Shown piece by piece: positions 11,372-25,228 of a DNA stretch of 64,000 nt. Location: the NCBI GenBank assembly GCA_043228905.1, contig JBHGNT010000015.1:8308001-8372000 (forward strand). Reading direction: 5' to 3'. The translations under genes were made by a program, and so were the position numbers. Position 1 is the stretch's first letter, and each line of letters starts with the position of its first letter. The DNA is from Azolla caroliniana (lineage: Eukaryota; Plantae; Polypodiophyta). Below the pieces are notes generated by a model, which saw nothing but the letters and a program-made list of their open reading frames with translations, searched no databases and was not told where the DNA came from.

Positions 11372-14300
11372 GTGGAGGCGGTCTCCTTCGATGACACCTT
11401 GGGGATGCTGAGGAAGGTAGCCGGAGAAGACCTTAACGAAGACCGGACGATACCGGTATGTTCCGAAGAGATGTACGAAGTCATCGCGAACTTCAGTCGG
11501 GGGCTCGGGTTGGATCGGACGGCCCGAGTTAGCACGAAGTACAAGACTGTGGACCGGAAGGTAAGGCCAGTCGCGGCACCCTTACCAGAGGGCAGCGAGT
11601 CCCGGATCAGAGGGGTTGCGTCGGACCCCAGTTTGCAAGATCCGGTTTGCATAGGACACACCTTCACCGACAAGACGCTCCGGGAGCTCAAAATCGGTGG
11701 GGGCGGGTTCCTACTGCCGGCGGAGGAAGACCGGTTTCGGAGGATGCTCGGAAGGCACGGGAAAGCCTTCGCATTCTCACCGGAAGAGATCGGGTGCGTA
11801 GACCCGACAATCATGGAGCCGATGGTGATATTCACGGTACCGCATGTACCGTGGAATCTCAAGCCGATTCCAGTACCGAGAGCTCACATCCCGAAGTTGA
11901 TGGAGCTATTGAGGCAGAAAGTCGATATGGGCATTCTCGAACCGTCAAGTGCCCCGTACTCGAACCGATGGTTTACCGTACCAAAGAAAAACGGAACATT
12001 GCGCTTCATTCAAGACCTGCAGCCGGTCAACAGAGTGACCATTCGGAACGCGGGAATCGGACCGACCATAGACGAGTTCGCGGAGGCCTTCGCCGGAAGG
12101 TCGATTTACTCGGTCGGTGATCTGTACTCGGGGTACGACCAGTTCCAGCTAGCCGTGGAGAGCAGAGACATTACGACGATGCGAACTCCCCTTGGCCTAG
12201 TGCGAATGTGTACCCTGCCACAAGGAGGGACCAACTCGGTGGCCCACATGGTGAATGCAATGAACAAGGTACTGAGGGATTGCATCCTGGACATCACCAT
12301 GCCATTTCTAGATGACATCCCGATCAAGGGGTGCCCGGTGGAAGAGAAGGACGAAACACTCGGGCCGGACGGATGCCGGCGATTCGTGGCAACACACATC
12401 GACGACTGTGAGAAGGTGCTAAAAGGGCTAGAGGATGCGAGGCTCACCTTCTCCGGGGAGGAATCGGCCTTCGGGCAATCAGAAATCCTGGTGGTCGGAC
12501 ACCTATGTGAACCATATGGCCGGAAGCCGTCTCCAGCAAAAGTAGAAGCCATCTCCGCAATGAAGACCGATTGTAGCTCGGTTACGGAAGTTCGGAGGTT
12601 CCTGGGGGCATGCGCATTCTACCACATATGGATCCCGCATTACGCCCACGTTGCGGAGCCGCTATACGGGTTGCTGAAGAAGGGGCGAAAATTCGAGTGG
12701 CGAGACGAGCACACGGAGTCGATCCGGAAGCTGAAGGAAGCTCTTGCGGCAGCACCGGCGCTCCGGAAGGCTGTCTACGAGAAGGGTACCCCGGTATACA
12801 TAACGGTGGATACGAGTCTGACCGGGATCGGATGGGTCGTCAACCAAGAAGACGAGGACGGCATTCGGTTCCCGATCCGATTAGGCGCGGAGGTCCTCAG
12901 TGAGCGACAGCGAGGGTACGCCCAGGTTAAACGCGAACTCTGGGGTATCGTTTCGGCAGTAAACGCCGACAAAGACTACCTGATCGGGACAGAAGTGATT
13001 ATCGAGACGGATTGCCTGCCAATTCTCGGCATGGTTTTCGGGTGCGCGACACCGGACCTGGCAATGCTCAGGTGGATAGCGTACATCAAGTCCTTGGACC
13101 CGGAAATACGACACATTTCCTGAAAGGACAACACCATGGCCGACATGCTTTCGAGGGCGAGGTTTGATAACGAGGGCGGCATGGTTTCGGAGGACGAAGA
13201 AGTCGGCGTGGACTTCTTCGAGGTGGCGTACGTGACGACCGATGGGACGAGCACTCCGGCACTTAACGGCTTCGACGAAAGTAAGTACGACGGCGAGTGG
13301 CTACAGATCGGTGGTTTCTTGAGGACAATGACGCCGGATGCGTCATGGACGAGAGACGAGGCCAACCAGATCCGGAAGAAAGCATACCGATTCTTTCTCC
13401 GGGACGGATACTTATGGAAGCACCCGAAGAAGAGGAACGGCATCCCGCTCCGGGTGGTGGCGATGAAGGAAGAACAGGAGGAGCTGCTAACGGCCTACCA
13501 CGACAGCCCTTGGGCTGGACACCGTGGAACGTGGGCCACGTTCGAGAAGATAAAGGGGAAGTACTGGTGGCCGGGACTGTACCGGGACGTGCATCGGTTC
13601 GTGACAACTTGCGAGAGCTGTCAGATGCACTCCATAGTCCGGCATCAGGACAAGCTTCACCCTACATACCCTCCGACCATCCACTTCAAATGGATGGTAG
13701 ATATGGTGACGATGCCGATGGGAGTAGGACAGATGCGGTATCTGGTCCTGGCTCGGGAAGATCTGACGAACCAGGTGGAAGGCCGAGCCCTTCAAAAGAA
13801 AACGACCGCGGCCGTATGTCGGTTCCTGATCGAGGACGTGATATGCCGGTACGGGTGCGTCGGGAAGATCGTGGCTGATTGCGGGGAGTTGGACGCCGAA
13901 GAGGCCGAGGAGCTGTTCGACCGGCTAGGAGTCAAGCTCTCGCTTACCACTACGTACAATCCGGAGGCGAATGGAAAGGTGGAGCGCGGACATGGACCGA
14001 TCGTCAAGGCGTTAGTTCGGGCATGCGGAGGTCAAGTCGGGAACTGGCCGCGGCTGCTGCCCTACGCGTTGTGGGCTGACCGAACTACGCACAGTTCGGT
14101 AACCGGATTCATGCCGGCAGAGCTCATGTTTGGAGCAGAAGCCGATCATGCCGATGGAACGTACAATCTTCTCATGGGCAACAATGGACTGGAGAGACGA
14201 GATGAGCCGGGAGGAAGTATTGGCGGCGCGCATACGTCAGCTCGAGCGAAGGCCGGAAGACGTGGAGCAGGCTGCGGGAAAGCTTCGGGAAGCAAGGATG

Positions 14301-14588
14301 AGGAACAAAGCCCGGTTCGACTGAACGCACCGGCTCCGACCGAAGAAGATCGAGGAAGGCGACTGGGTGCTAGTCTACGACAGCAGCTTCGACAACCAGC
14401 ACCGAGTGACGTGGAAGTTCGCAAGAAGGTGGTTCGGGCCTTACGTGGTACAAAGCGCCAACGACAACGGGACGTACCATCTGGCGGAACTCGACGGCAC
14501 GAGAATGGCGATACTGGTAGCTGGGAAGCAGATCAAAGCGATCAAGAAGCGTCACGATGACGAGCCGGAACCGGATAACCTGGACTGG
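11372..14588 (+). pseudogene. pol: Gypsy A pol: RT, RNase H, integrase
   Basis: LPQG..FLDD RT; VDTS..E..ETD RNase H; HH-CC zinc finger and YNPEANGKVER integrase; WFGPY motif; no chromodomain seen. Confidence 0.9.
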
Positions 14589-15479
14589 TGTTATGTACGC
14601 ATAACGTTGGTGAGGGTAGGTCACTAATATTTACATTAGTGAAGGGTATGTTCACTATTATTAAAAAGGGGACTAATGATTGGATAGAATGAATAATATG
14701 TGCATGCACTATCATGATTTAGACAACCAATGAATAGAGAGCCTTTTAGAAAGGCACATCTATTCAAGGGGCCTAGGAAAAGGTATAAATATGAGGCTTA
14801 GCTACCCTCATAGAGATCATCACGTCGGAAGGCTGCTGTTGTAGACACCGGTGGTGCGGGCTAGGCTTTCGTCTCGACAATCGTGTTTATCTCTTCCAAG
14901 GTATTAGTCATCCTAATATCCGGCGGTATGGGACGTCAGTGGTAGGTTGGCTATGTCTAGATCATAGCTCGGGGGTGGTCGGGTGAAACGGGTTCTTCTA
15001 TCCAATCTATTTTCTTCCTTTTTACTTGATTTGGTCTATTGATTAGTAATAGACTCTTAACAGTGGTATCAGAGCTTTTACTAACAATTTTTTTGTTGTT
15101 TTGATGTTTTTTTGCGTGTGAGCGAGGGGGATCTAACAAGGCTCGTCATGCTCTTCTCAGGATCAAAACAACACTCTAAACCCGGTATTCTTCTTTTTTG
15201 ATCTCTTCTCTTTTTCTATTATGCGTTCTTTATGGTCGAATCAAATTGGTATTACGTTTTATTCTCTTTCTTTCTACCTCCTACTACGCTACGATTTTAC
15301 TTATTATTATGCATCGGGCCGAGCGTGTTTGCACTAATCGCACACGCTCAACTCATGGCCTTTTGCATATTGCGATATATATCCCACTCTCTCCTCTCTT
15401 GAACTCTTACGATAATAATTATTCTTGTGCATTGGGTCGAGCGTGTTTGCTCTAATCGCACACGCTTATCTCATGGCCG

Positions 15480-15830
15480 TTTTGCATATGATGTTGAGTA
15501 TACCACTCTTCCCCTCTATTGAGCCATCACTTGGCCGATTCTAAGGGATGATGTGGCCTTGACGAGGTGTATGTTGCCTACCTATGCCACTCTACTCTCT
15601 ATTAAGCCATCAATTGGCCGATTCTATGGGATGTTGTGGCCTTGACAAGGTATATGTAGCTTACATATGCCACTTTCCTTTTTAATTAGCCATCAATTGG
15701 CCGATTCTAAGGGATGATGTGGCCTTGACGAGATATATGTCACTTACCTATGCCACTTTCCTCTTTAATTAGCCATTACTTGGCCGATTCTAGGGATATA
15801 TGGTGGTCTTGAGGAGGTGCATGTCAACTA
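15480..15830. repeat. About four 83-bp tandem repeats in the chromovirus F 5' leader
   Basis: TTGGCCGATTCTA recurs at about 15531, 15614, 15697 and 15780. Confidence 0.75.
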
Positions 15831-16819
15831 CCCTAGGGTTTCGTATCTTAGGGCATGTTTGATTCCATACACCTAATTGTTGATTATTCTAATTAAATTT
15901 TAATTTCATAAGTATTGTTTCACTTATATGATTTTCTGGTAATTATTATTTACCCGCCCACAATTAACTCTCCTTTTTCCACTTCCTTTTCATGTATAAA
16001 GTATTTACATCGTTTATTTTTAATGTAACCTTTACGTGTAGACTATTTTTTCGTATGGAGTGGCTTGTTGAACGATTTTTTTTTTCAACGGGTCATCTAG
16101 GTTTAACTCTTATCATCAAGCCTTAGAAAACGAGTAAAACCATATGAGTTCCCTTATTGATGTTTTACTCATGGATTTGAGTATTACATCTTTGCGCACA
16201 ACACCGTCATCACTTGTATCAATTTGTGGCTTATGTCACAATTGTGCAAGTTATAACAATCATATTGGGATGTATATGTGCATACCTTGCACTTCCCATT
16301 TATTTGTGACATTGTTTTTTTCGTAGGTAACACATGGGTTCTTTTTTTTTTACCCTTGTTTTCGTCACTACTTAACTCTTATGAGTAGTGCCTTATTTTA
16401 TCATTTTATCATCACGTTTGCTTATTGCTCGCAAGACTAGAATATTACTTGTGAGTGCACTTGTTTTTTCACGTAATACACTTTCTCGACCATATAATAC
16501 ATAATGGGTTGGCATTAATATAAGGCTATCTAGGAAATTTCATTGATGTAAGAACCATGGTTGAGCCTTGGGGAGCCGCCATGATTACTCAAGATAGAGA
16601 TCCGAGAAATACATCTTAGCTATGGTTTCCCCCATGGTTTTTAAAACACCATAGTGTTACCATAGTTATCGGATCTCGAATCACATCTCATATGTCTAGA
16701 GGGGTAAAGACATGAGATACTTTCTTGGATAAAGTTCTTTCAATCAAAATTTCAAGCATTCATTTTGCTTGGGTATTTTCTGAACCTCCTTATTTTATTG
16801 CATACCCACAGCGTGCATC

Positions 16820-19800
16820 ATGGAACAAGTTTTGAACGCAGTTGGAACGATCTCTCCAAATGAGACCTCTCAACCCCAATCCGCATCTCGCACACAAGCT
16901 GAGATCACTATTGAGCAATTGCTCACTACTACCTTGAATCAATTGGCCGAAATGAGACAGGCCAATATGGCATTGGAAAAGAAATTCCAAGAATTAACTA
17001 TTGAGTCCAAGAAAGAAGGTGAACCTTCCTTCGTAGTCACGCCTTTCAAGGGAGATAAGAAAGAAAGAACCGAGGAGGCTATTAGCACTTGGCTTGGTCG
17101 TTGGGAGTCTCACTTTGAGCTTCATCCCAAGCCCGATGCAGTAAAAATTGGTTATGTCGGTCGTGAGTTAGGTGGCCGAGCTGCTGCTTGGTGGTGTGGC
17201 CTAAGGACCGCAAAAAACTTACCCACAACTTGGGAAGGTTTCGTTGATGTTTTTAAGAAACAATTCTTGCAGCCACCTTCTCAAACCGAACAAGCGCAAC
17301 ACTTGCTCACATTGTCTAGTAAGCCATTTACCTCTCTCGAGGATTATGTGCATCACGCTCGGACCCAGATCCAAAAATCGGGACTTACGGGTGAGAAATG
17401 GTTTGTCGCTTGTTTTTTGAATGGTATTCCCAATGGGGATTATCATTGGATTGTCCATGACAAGGACCCCACAACTTTCGAGGAAGCCGTCAACATTGTG
17501 CTGCGATACCATAGGACTTCCAAGAAAGACCACAATAAACCTGAGTTCGCCAAAACTCCGAATGTCAAGTTCATTGGGAAACGTAAGCAATCCAGTGACA
17601 CTCTTGACCGCGACTCAAAGAAACCGAACCTCTTCTGTGCATATTGCAAGAAGCGGGGCCACACAAAGGATACCTGTCGTCGTCTTGAGAGGAAGTCAAT
17701 GAACACCCCTCCTCAAGACAAATCTACGAGTCACACAGGTGAGTCTTTTGATATTGTTGAAGTTCATACCAATCACTTAAGTTTATGTGAATGCACTTTT
17801 CCTTCACATTTACTTGGACCTAATGATTTACTCCGAGCAGTCGGCTATATCAATGGAACACAAGCACATTTCTTGTTTGATTCCGGTAGTTCTCACAATT
17901 TTCTTAATGATCACTTTGTGCAGCAAATGGAGCTCCACATAAACGCAAGTGATCATATCTATCAAGTTCACATGGCTAATGGAAACGTTCAATACATCAG
18001 TGGCATTGTTTGTCAACTGCCAATTCAAATAGATACTTATTTGGAGAAGCTTGACTTTCATGTTATGAAATTACAATCCGCAGATGTCATTTTAGGATAT
18101 CCTTGGTTTTTTAATAAAAACCCTTCTTTGTCCATTGATTGGGTTAATCACTCAATCACATTTGAACTTAATAATTGTAAACATTTTATTCAATGTTCCA
18201 AACTTCCTTCTCATTCACTTGTGTCTTCTAAATCTTTAAGTGAGTATTCTAGTTCATTAATTTATTCGTGTGTAATTGATCCTGCGGTTCAATTTTATTA
18301 TTTTAATATTGACGCCACACAATTACCACATTTTGAGCAACGATTACTCGACTCTATTTTAGAGGATTTTCAAGATGTGTTTCCTACTGAATTACCGCTT
18401 ACTTTACCACCTAAACGTAATGTGGACCATCAAATTGAACTCATCCCTGGGGCTGCTCCTGTGAGCATTCCACCTTACCGACTTAGTCGATTAGAAGAGG
18501 ATGAGATCGCTAAACAACTTAAGGAATACTTGAGTATGGGCCACATTAGGTATAGTAAATCACCTTGGGGTGCGCCAGTTCTATTAGTCAAGAAGAAGGA
18601 AGGTTCGTGGCGAATGTGTATCAATTATCGCCGTTTGAATAAAATGACAATTAAGAATGCATATCCATTACCTCGTGCCGATGATTTGATTGATCGTTTG
18701 CACGGGGCTCGATATTTTACGAAAATTGACTTACGAACTGGTTATCATCAGATTCGCATCGCCGAGGATGATATTCCTAAAACCGCTTTTCGTACGCGCT
18801 ATGGCCATTATGAGTTTTTAGTCATGCCATTTGGGTTGACTAATGCTCCAGCCACATTCCAACAAGCAATGAATGATGTTTTCCGAAATCAACTCGGTGA
18901 TTTTGTTGTCGTCTTCTTGGATGATATTTTGATATATAGCCGTACCTTGCAAGATCATGTTCAACATGTTCGATTTGTTTTGCGAAAGTTGCGTGACAAC
19001 TCTTTCTATGCAAAACATTCAAAATGTGACTTCTTCCAAAAATCTATTGTGTACCTAGGTCATTTAATTCCAGAAAATGGCGTTGAAATTGAACCTTCTC
19101 GTATTGAAAAGGTTAAACTTTGGCCCATTCCTCATAATATTCGTGAACTTAGATCATTCTTAGGGTTTGTTGGATTTTTATGAAAATCAATTCGTAACTA
19201 TTCCAAATTGACTACGCCATTAACTGACCTATTAAAAGGTCATCCACGTAAGTCTGTCAAACCAATTTCATGGAATGAACAACTTGACAAATCATTTGAG
19301 ACACTCAAGGAGCATGTGTGTCAGGCTCCCACTCTTCTGTTACCAGACCCTTCTAAGCCTTTCTCAATTGAAACCGATGCTAGTGATTATGCTATTGGTG
19401 CCGTTCTTTATCAAGGTGGTCACCCTATTGCTTTTGAAAGTAAGAAGCTTGATGCTGCTCAATCTCGGTATTCGGTTCAAGAGAAAGAGTTGTTTGCGGT
19501 GATACACGCACTTAAAACATGGAGGCACTATCTCTATGGAAATAAATTTGTGGTTACAACAGACCATCAATCATTAAAGTATTTTTGTGACCAGCCCGAT
19601 CTTGTTGGTCGTAAAGGCCGTTGGGCTGACCTTATGCAAGATTTTGATTTTTCCATACGATATCGCAAGGGTTCTATGAACACCGTTGCTGATGCTCTTA
19701 GTCGCATTAAAGAAGTTAACATGCTTAGCTTCACGGAAATAAAATCTGATCTTTTAGATCACCTTCGAGGGAAATACCTTGATGACAGTTATTTCTCAAA

Positions 19801-21222
19801 ATACTGGACGAAAGCCGAATCTGGTTTAGATGCCGATACTAGCACCCTACCCTCGAAGGCGACCTTTCACATTACAAACGGTTTGCTCTACCGTAGTGGA
19901 AAGGTCTGTGTTCCAGATTTACCAAATGTTAAACAGAAAATTTTTCATGAATGTCATGATGCACCATCTGCTGGTCATCCTGGAATACAACGCACACTCG
20001 TTCTCATCTCGTGTACTTTTTTCTGGCCTAAGATGCGCTCTGACGTGCATAAATACGTAACTCAATGCTTACAATGTCAGATTAATAAGTGGAACGACTT
20101 AAAGCTGCTGGTCTTTTACATCCCTTAGATATTCCCAACAATAAATGGGAAAGTATCTCGATGGATTTTATTGTTAGTTTACCTCGTACACAGAGGGGTC
20201 ATGATGCCATATGGGTTGTCGTTGACAGGCTAACAAAATTAGCTAGATTTATTCCTACAAAAACCACGGTAACCGCTCAACAGTTGGCTTATCAATTTGT
20301 TGATGAGTTATTTCGTTTTTATGGATTACCGATGGATATTGTTAGTGATCGAGATTCCAAGTTTACTAGTGACTTTTGGACTCAGGTCTTTAAGAAACTA
20401 GAAACTACGTTGAGCATGAGTTCCGCAGATCATCCTCAGTCTGATGGACAAACTGAACGAGTTAATCAAATTATTGAGGACATGCTTCGAGCTTATGTAG
20501 CAAAAACCCCTTCTAAGTGGGAGCAATACCTTCCTATCTTAGAATTTGCCTATAATAGCTCTAAACATACATCCACTGGATATAGTCCTTTTATGTTGAT
20601 GTATGGTTTTCAGCCACGTGCCCCAGTTGATGTCACGATTCATCGTGATACATTAGACAATACACGCAATTTTTTGCAAGACATGAACCAAATGTTGCAT
20701 ATTGCCAAAGAAAATGTCAAGACAGCTCAAGATCGTGCTCGATTTTATGCTGATCAGGATAGACGTCCTCGTGCATTTACTATTGGTCAAAAAGTTTTTT
20801 TGCGTGTCCCGACTGATTCTACGTCATTATCTACGGGCAAGTGCGCTAAGTTAGCCCCACGATATTGTGGCCCATTTGAAATCCTTAAGCGAGTTGGGTC
20901 ATCTGCTTATCACCTTGCCTTACCTCGTAACGTTGGTATTCATCCTGTTTTTCACGTCAGTCGTCTAAAACCATTTTTAGGCTCTGGTGATAACACCATC
21001 ACAATCCAAGATCTTGTAACATTAGAGGATTTTTCTTACAAACCTCATGTTCCTGAACGAATCCTTGATTCTCGTACTAAACGTTTACGTTCTAAAGAGA
21101 TTCGGCTATTCAAGATCAAATGGATGGATAAACCTATTGATGATGCCACATGGGAACGCGAGCATTCGCTTAAGGCACAATTTCCTCACTTTATATTGCA
21201 AGAGTGCAATCTTTTGAAGTAG
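16820..21222 (+). pseudogene. gag-pol: Chromovirus F gag-pol (gag, protease, RT, RNase H, integrase, chromodomain); stop at 19181, frameshift near 20089
   Basis: [14 protein letters not shown]; [11 protein letters not shown]; [13 protein letters not shown]; ETDASD; HPQSDGQTER; ILDSR..KW..ATWE chromodomain. Confidence 0.93.
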
Positions 21223-21807
21223 GGGAGTATGTTATGTACACATAACGTTGGTGAGGGTAGGTCACTAATATTTACATTAGTGAAGGGTATGTTCACTATT
21301 ATTAAAAAGGGGACTAATGATTGGATAGAATGAATGATATGTGCATGCACTATCATGATTTAGACAACCAATGAATAGAGAGCCTTTTAGAAAGGCACAT
21401 CTATTCAAGGGGCCTAGGAAAAGGTATAAATATGAGGCTTAGCTACCCTCATAGAGGGGTGAAAGCATGCGAGTGGAAACAATTAGCTATGTCCTTGACA
21501 TAGCTAATTAGCTATGCAAAAAGCTACCATTGATAAATAGTCATTTTAGTAAAAAGCCATCATTAATAAATTAAGTATGCAAAAAACTACCATTGAAAAT
21601 ACTAGAGTGTTTTAATTACATATGTAAATGAGTGCCATAAATGTGCAACATAAATTGATGTGTGCACCATAAATGTGTACCATAAATTATATATCGAATT
21701 CCTAGGTCCATTATGCATGATCCTTTGCCACATCACGTAGGCCATCTCTAGTTGAGTACTGTGGGTTAGTTGCTACCACTGTTGCTAAACCCTATCGAGT
21801 CCACCTG

Positions 21808-22660
21808 CCGCCACTCTACACTGAAGGGCCACTACTGTGCGTTCCAAGCATCATCAAAGAGCTGCTCAATCTGACGGGGTTCTCTTCTCTGTGACACTCT
21901 ACACTCAGGGGCCACTACTGTGCATTCCAAGCATCATCAAAGAGCTGTTCAATCTGACGGGGTTCTCTTCTCTGTGCCACTCTACACTCCGGGGCCATTA
22001 CTGTGCGTTCCAAGCATCATCAAAGAGCTGTTCAATCTGAGGGGGTTCTCTTCTCTGTGCCACTCTACACTCAGGGGCCATTACTGTGCGTTCCAAGCAT
22101 CATCAAAGAGCTGTTCAATCTGAGGGGGTTCTCTTCTCTGTGCCACTCTACACTCAAGGGCCGCTGCTGTGCGTTCCAAGCATCATCAAAGAGCTGTTCA
22201 ATCTGACGGGGTTCTCTTCTCTTTGCCACTCTACACTCAGGGGTTGCTACTGTGCGTTCCAAGCATAATCAAAGAGCTATTCAATCTGACGGGGTTCTCT
22301 TCTCTTTTCCACTCTCACTCAGGGGCCGCTACTGTGCGTTTCAAGCATCATTGGTAACTGTTCAATCTGACGGGGTTCTCTTCTCTTTTCCACTCTCACT
22401 CAGGGGCCGCTACTGTGCGTTTCAAGCATCATTGGTAACTGTTCAATCTGACGGGGTTCTCTTCTCTATGCCACTCTATTCTCAAGTGCCTTCTATGTGC
22501 GTTTCAAGCATCATCGGTAACTGTTCAATCTGACGGGGTTCTCTCCTCCATTGCCATCATTCTATACTCAGTTGCCACTACTGTCCAGTCCCGGATTGCT
22601 TCCACATTTCGATTTGACGGAGTTCACTCATCCAACGGCAACATTCTACACTCAGTTGTT
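21808..22660. repeat. 83-bp minisatellite, about 9-10 copies decaying rightward
   Basis: Unit CCACTCTACACTCAGGGGCCACTACTGTGCGTTCCAAGCATCATCAAAGAGCTGTTCAATCTGACGGGGTTCTC..; ORF-track starts are spaced 83 bp apart. Confidence 0.92.
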
Positions 22661-22879
22661 GCCATTGGTCGGTCTTGGATCGCCTCCTCAATTGTTGGAT
22701 CCAACAGAGTGAAATCCTCTACTGTTCGGTCTTGGATTGCAATAACTTTTCTGTCTATTGATTATCTTGTGTATTGTTGTGTCTAATCTTGTGTATTGTG
22801 TGGAATATTTTTGTGTATTGTTGTTGCCCATAGCCATCTTTAATACTTGTTTTTTTTTCTGGAAATTTAGGGTTTTAAC

Positions 22880-23628
22880 ATGTCTAGCCAAATGGAAGGG
22901 GAAGAAGGGTGTTTAGAATTACCCCTCAATGATCATAAGGATAGGGATGATGTTATCAGGACACAACAAGCCATACGAAACTATTGGGCAGAAAAAAGAA
23001 GGAAACATCGTCAATTGTTGAAGGATACGAAAGCCACACTCAGTAAGGTAAGGATAGTTTAGCTGAGAATGTAAGTAATGCGACTACCATCATAGAGAGA
23101 AAGGTTGTAGACTATTTCAATGTTCAAACCAAGCACATCAGCAATGAAGAAAAGAAGGTAGTACTTTATGGAATACGTAATGATCCATCGATAAAGGACT
23201 TAGTTGATTGTGATGGTCTTAATGCAAACATATCATCTATTTTAGTAAATAATCTTCGTAATAGTTTCGTATCCATGAGCAGGTCAGAAGATGATCTTGT
23301 CTTAAAAAGGTCTAGTCTAATGATGTTACTTAATAGTGATGTTGACGATATAAACATCAGTGAGCTATCTAAGGTAATTGGTGTTAGTAGAAAAACAGTG
23401 TACAATACAATGAACCGTATAATTTCCTCGGGTGAAGGAACTAGTCTACTAAAGCTAACTACAAGATGTAAGCCAATGACACCCATAACATTTGAAATCA
23501 AGGATGTAATCACAATGTTTTGGACTAATGAGAGTAGGGTTTCACCCAATAAAAAGGATTTATGCAGGAAACGTGTTGGAAGAAATCAATACGAGGAGCA
23601 TCCCATTCATCTTCTTGATGTACCTCAG
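22880..23628 (+). pseudogene. Transposase N-terminal exon (HTH-like plus FWxxESRVSPNKKD motif)
   Basis: ISELSKVIGVSRKTVY HTH-like segment; FWTNESRVSPNKKDLCRKRVG..HPIHLL motif recalled from Sola2-type transposases; donor CAG|GTATTT at 23628. Confidence 0.65.
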
Positions 23629-23669
23629 GTATTTACATTTATCTCAACATTTGTTTTGACTCTACTCGG

Positions 23670-24950
23670 AAAGTTAATTAGCTCAGTTAGCAGAAAAGCT
23701 AATTAGCTTATCAGTTACATTTACCTCAGTTAGCTACTAGGATCGCTACTACATAGGTAACTAGCTACTCTCAATAGTTACTACCATGATAGCTAATTAG
23801 CTATTCTCAATAGCTAATTTAGGTACTACCAGATAATTAGCTGTACTGCTAGCTAGTTAGCTATCATGGTAGCTAGTTAGCTATTTCGTTATTACCAGCT
23901 AATTAGCTACTAGGAAAGCTAATTAGCTACCATGATAGCTAATTAGCTACTATGATAGCTACTACATAGGTAACTGGCTACTCTCAATAGCTACTACCAT
24001 GATAGCTAATTAGTTAGGATAGCTAATTAGCCACCATTATAGCTAATTAGCTACTAGACCAGCTAATTAGCTACCATGATAGCTAATTAGTTACTAGGAC
24101 AGCTAATTAGCCACCGTGATAGCTAATTAGCTACCATGATAGCTAATTAGCTACCATGATAGCTAATTAGCTACCATGATAGCTAATTAGCTACCATGAT
24201 AGCTAATTAGTTACTAGGAAAGCTAATCAGCCACCATTATAGCTAATTAGCTACTAGACCAGCTAATTAGCTACCACGATAGCTAATTAGCTACTAGACC
24301 AGCTAATTAGCTACCATGATAGCTAATTAGTTACTAGGAAAGCTAATTAGCCACCATGATAGCTAATTAGCTACTAGACAAGCTAATTAGCTACCATGAT
24401 AGCTAATTAGTTACTAGGAAAGCTAATTAGCCACCATGATAGCTAATTAGCTACTAGAGCAGCTAATTAGCTACTAGGACAACTAATTAGCTACTAGGAC
24501 AGCTAATTAGCTACCATGATAGCTAATTAGCTACTACGACAGCTAATTAGCTACCATGATAGCTAATTAGCTACTACGACAGCTAATTAGCTACCATGAT
24601 AGCTAATTAGCTACTAGGACAACCAATTAGCTACTAGGACAGCTAATTAGCTACCATGATAGCTAATTAGCTCTACGACAGCTAATTAGCTACCATGATA
24701 GCTAATTAGCTACTAGAATAGCTAATTAGCTACTACAATAGCTAATTAGCTACCATGATAGCTAATTAGCTACTACGACAGCTAATTAGCTACCATGATA
24801 GCTAATTAGCTACTAGGACAACCAATTAGCTACTAGGACAGCTAATTAGCTACCATGATAGCTAATTAGCTACTAGAATAGCTAACTAGCTACTAGAATA
24901 GCTAACTAGCTACTAGAATAGCTAATTAGCTACTAGGATAGTTAGCTAGT
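23670..24950. repeat. Array of the palindrome (T)AGCTAATTAGCT(A), mostly 20-bp period
   Basis: e.g. (AGCTAATTAGCTACCATGAT)n at 24121-24210. Confidence 0.95.
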
Positions 24951-24961
24951 TACGAGAATAA

Positions 24962-25228
24962 CAGTGTGCAAGGCAGAATATTGTAGATGCATGGGGAAAT
25001 TTTGTATCTGCCGGGACATTCTACATCGAAGGCATTTTTTATGCAAAACTAGATGACTACGAATATGTGTACAGGCTGTTAGAAGACAAACCAGCGGCGT
25101 ATATGTACTCTCATTTGGTCAGATGCATCAACGTCCCAATGTCAGAATACAATAGCTGCTCCGGTTTATACACTGTTGGTGCTAATGTGTATGAATGTAT
25201 TTACAATAGTATGCCATGGAATTTGTAG
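24962..25228 (+). pseudogene. Probable transposase C-terminal exon fragment
   Basis: Open frame IVDAWGNFVSAGTFYIEGIFY..YMYSHLV..MPWNL*; no catalytic core is present between this and the N-terminal exon. Confidence 0.55.

Noticed and set aside
11038-11862. Long antisense ORFs over Gypsy A/B pol (also 32320-33057 and 33669-34313)
   Set aside because: Expected shadows of GC-rich coding sequence; no recognisable motifs
21837-22533. Series of overlapping 60-90 aa ORFs and a CRISPR-like appearance
   Set aside because: A pure 83-bp tandem repeat with no unique spacers and no cas genes
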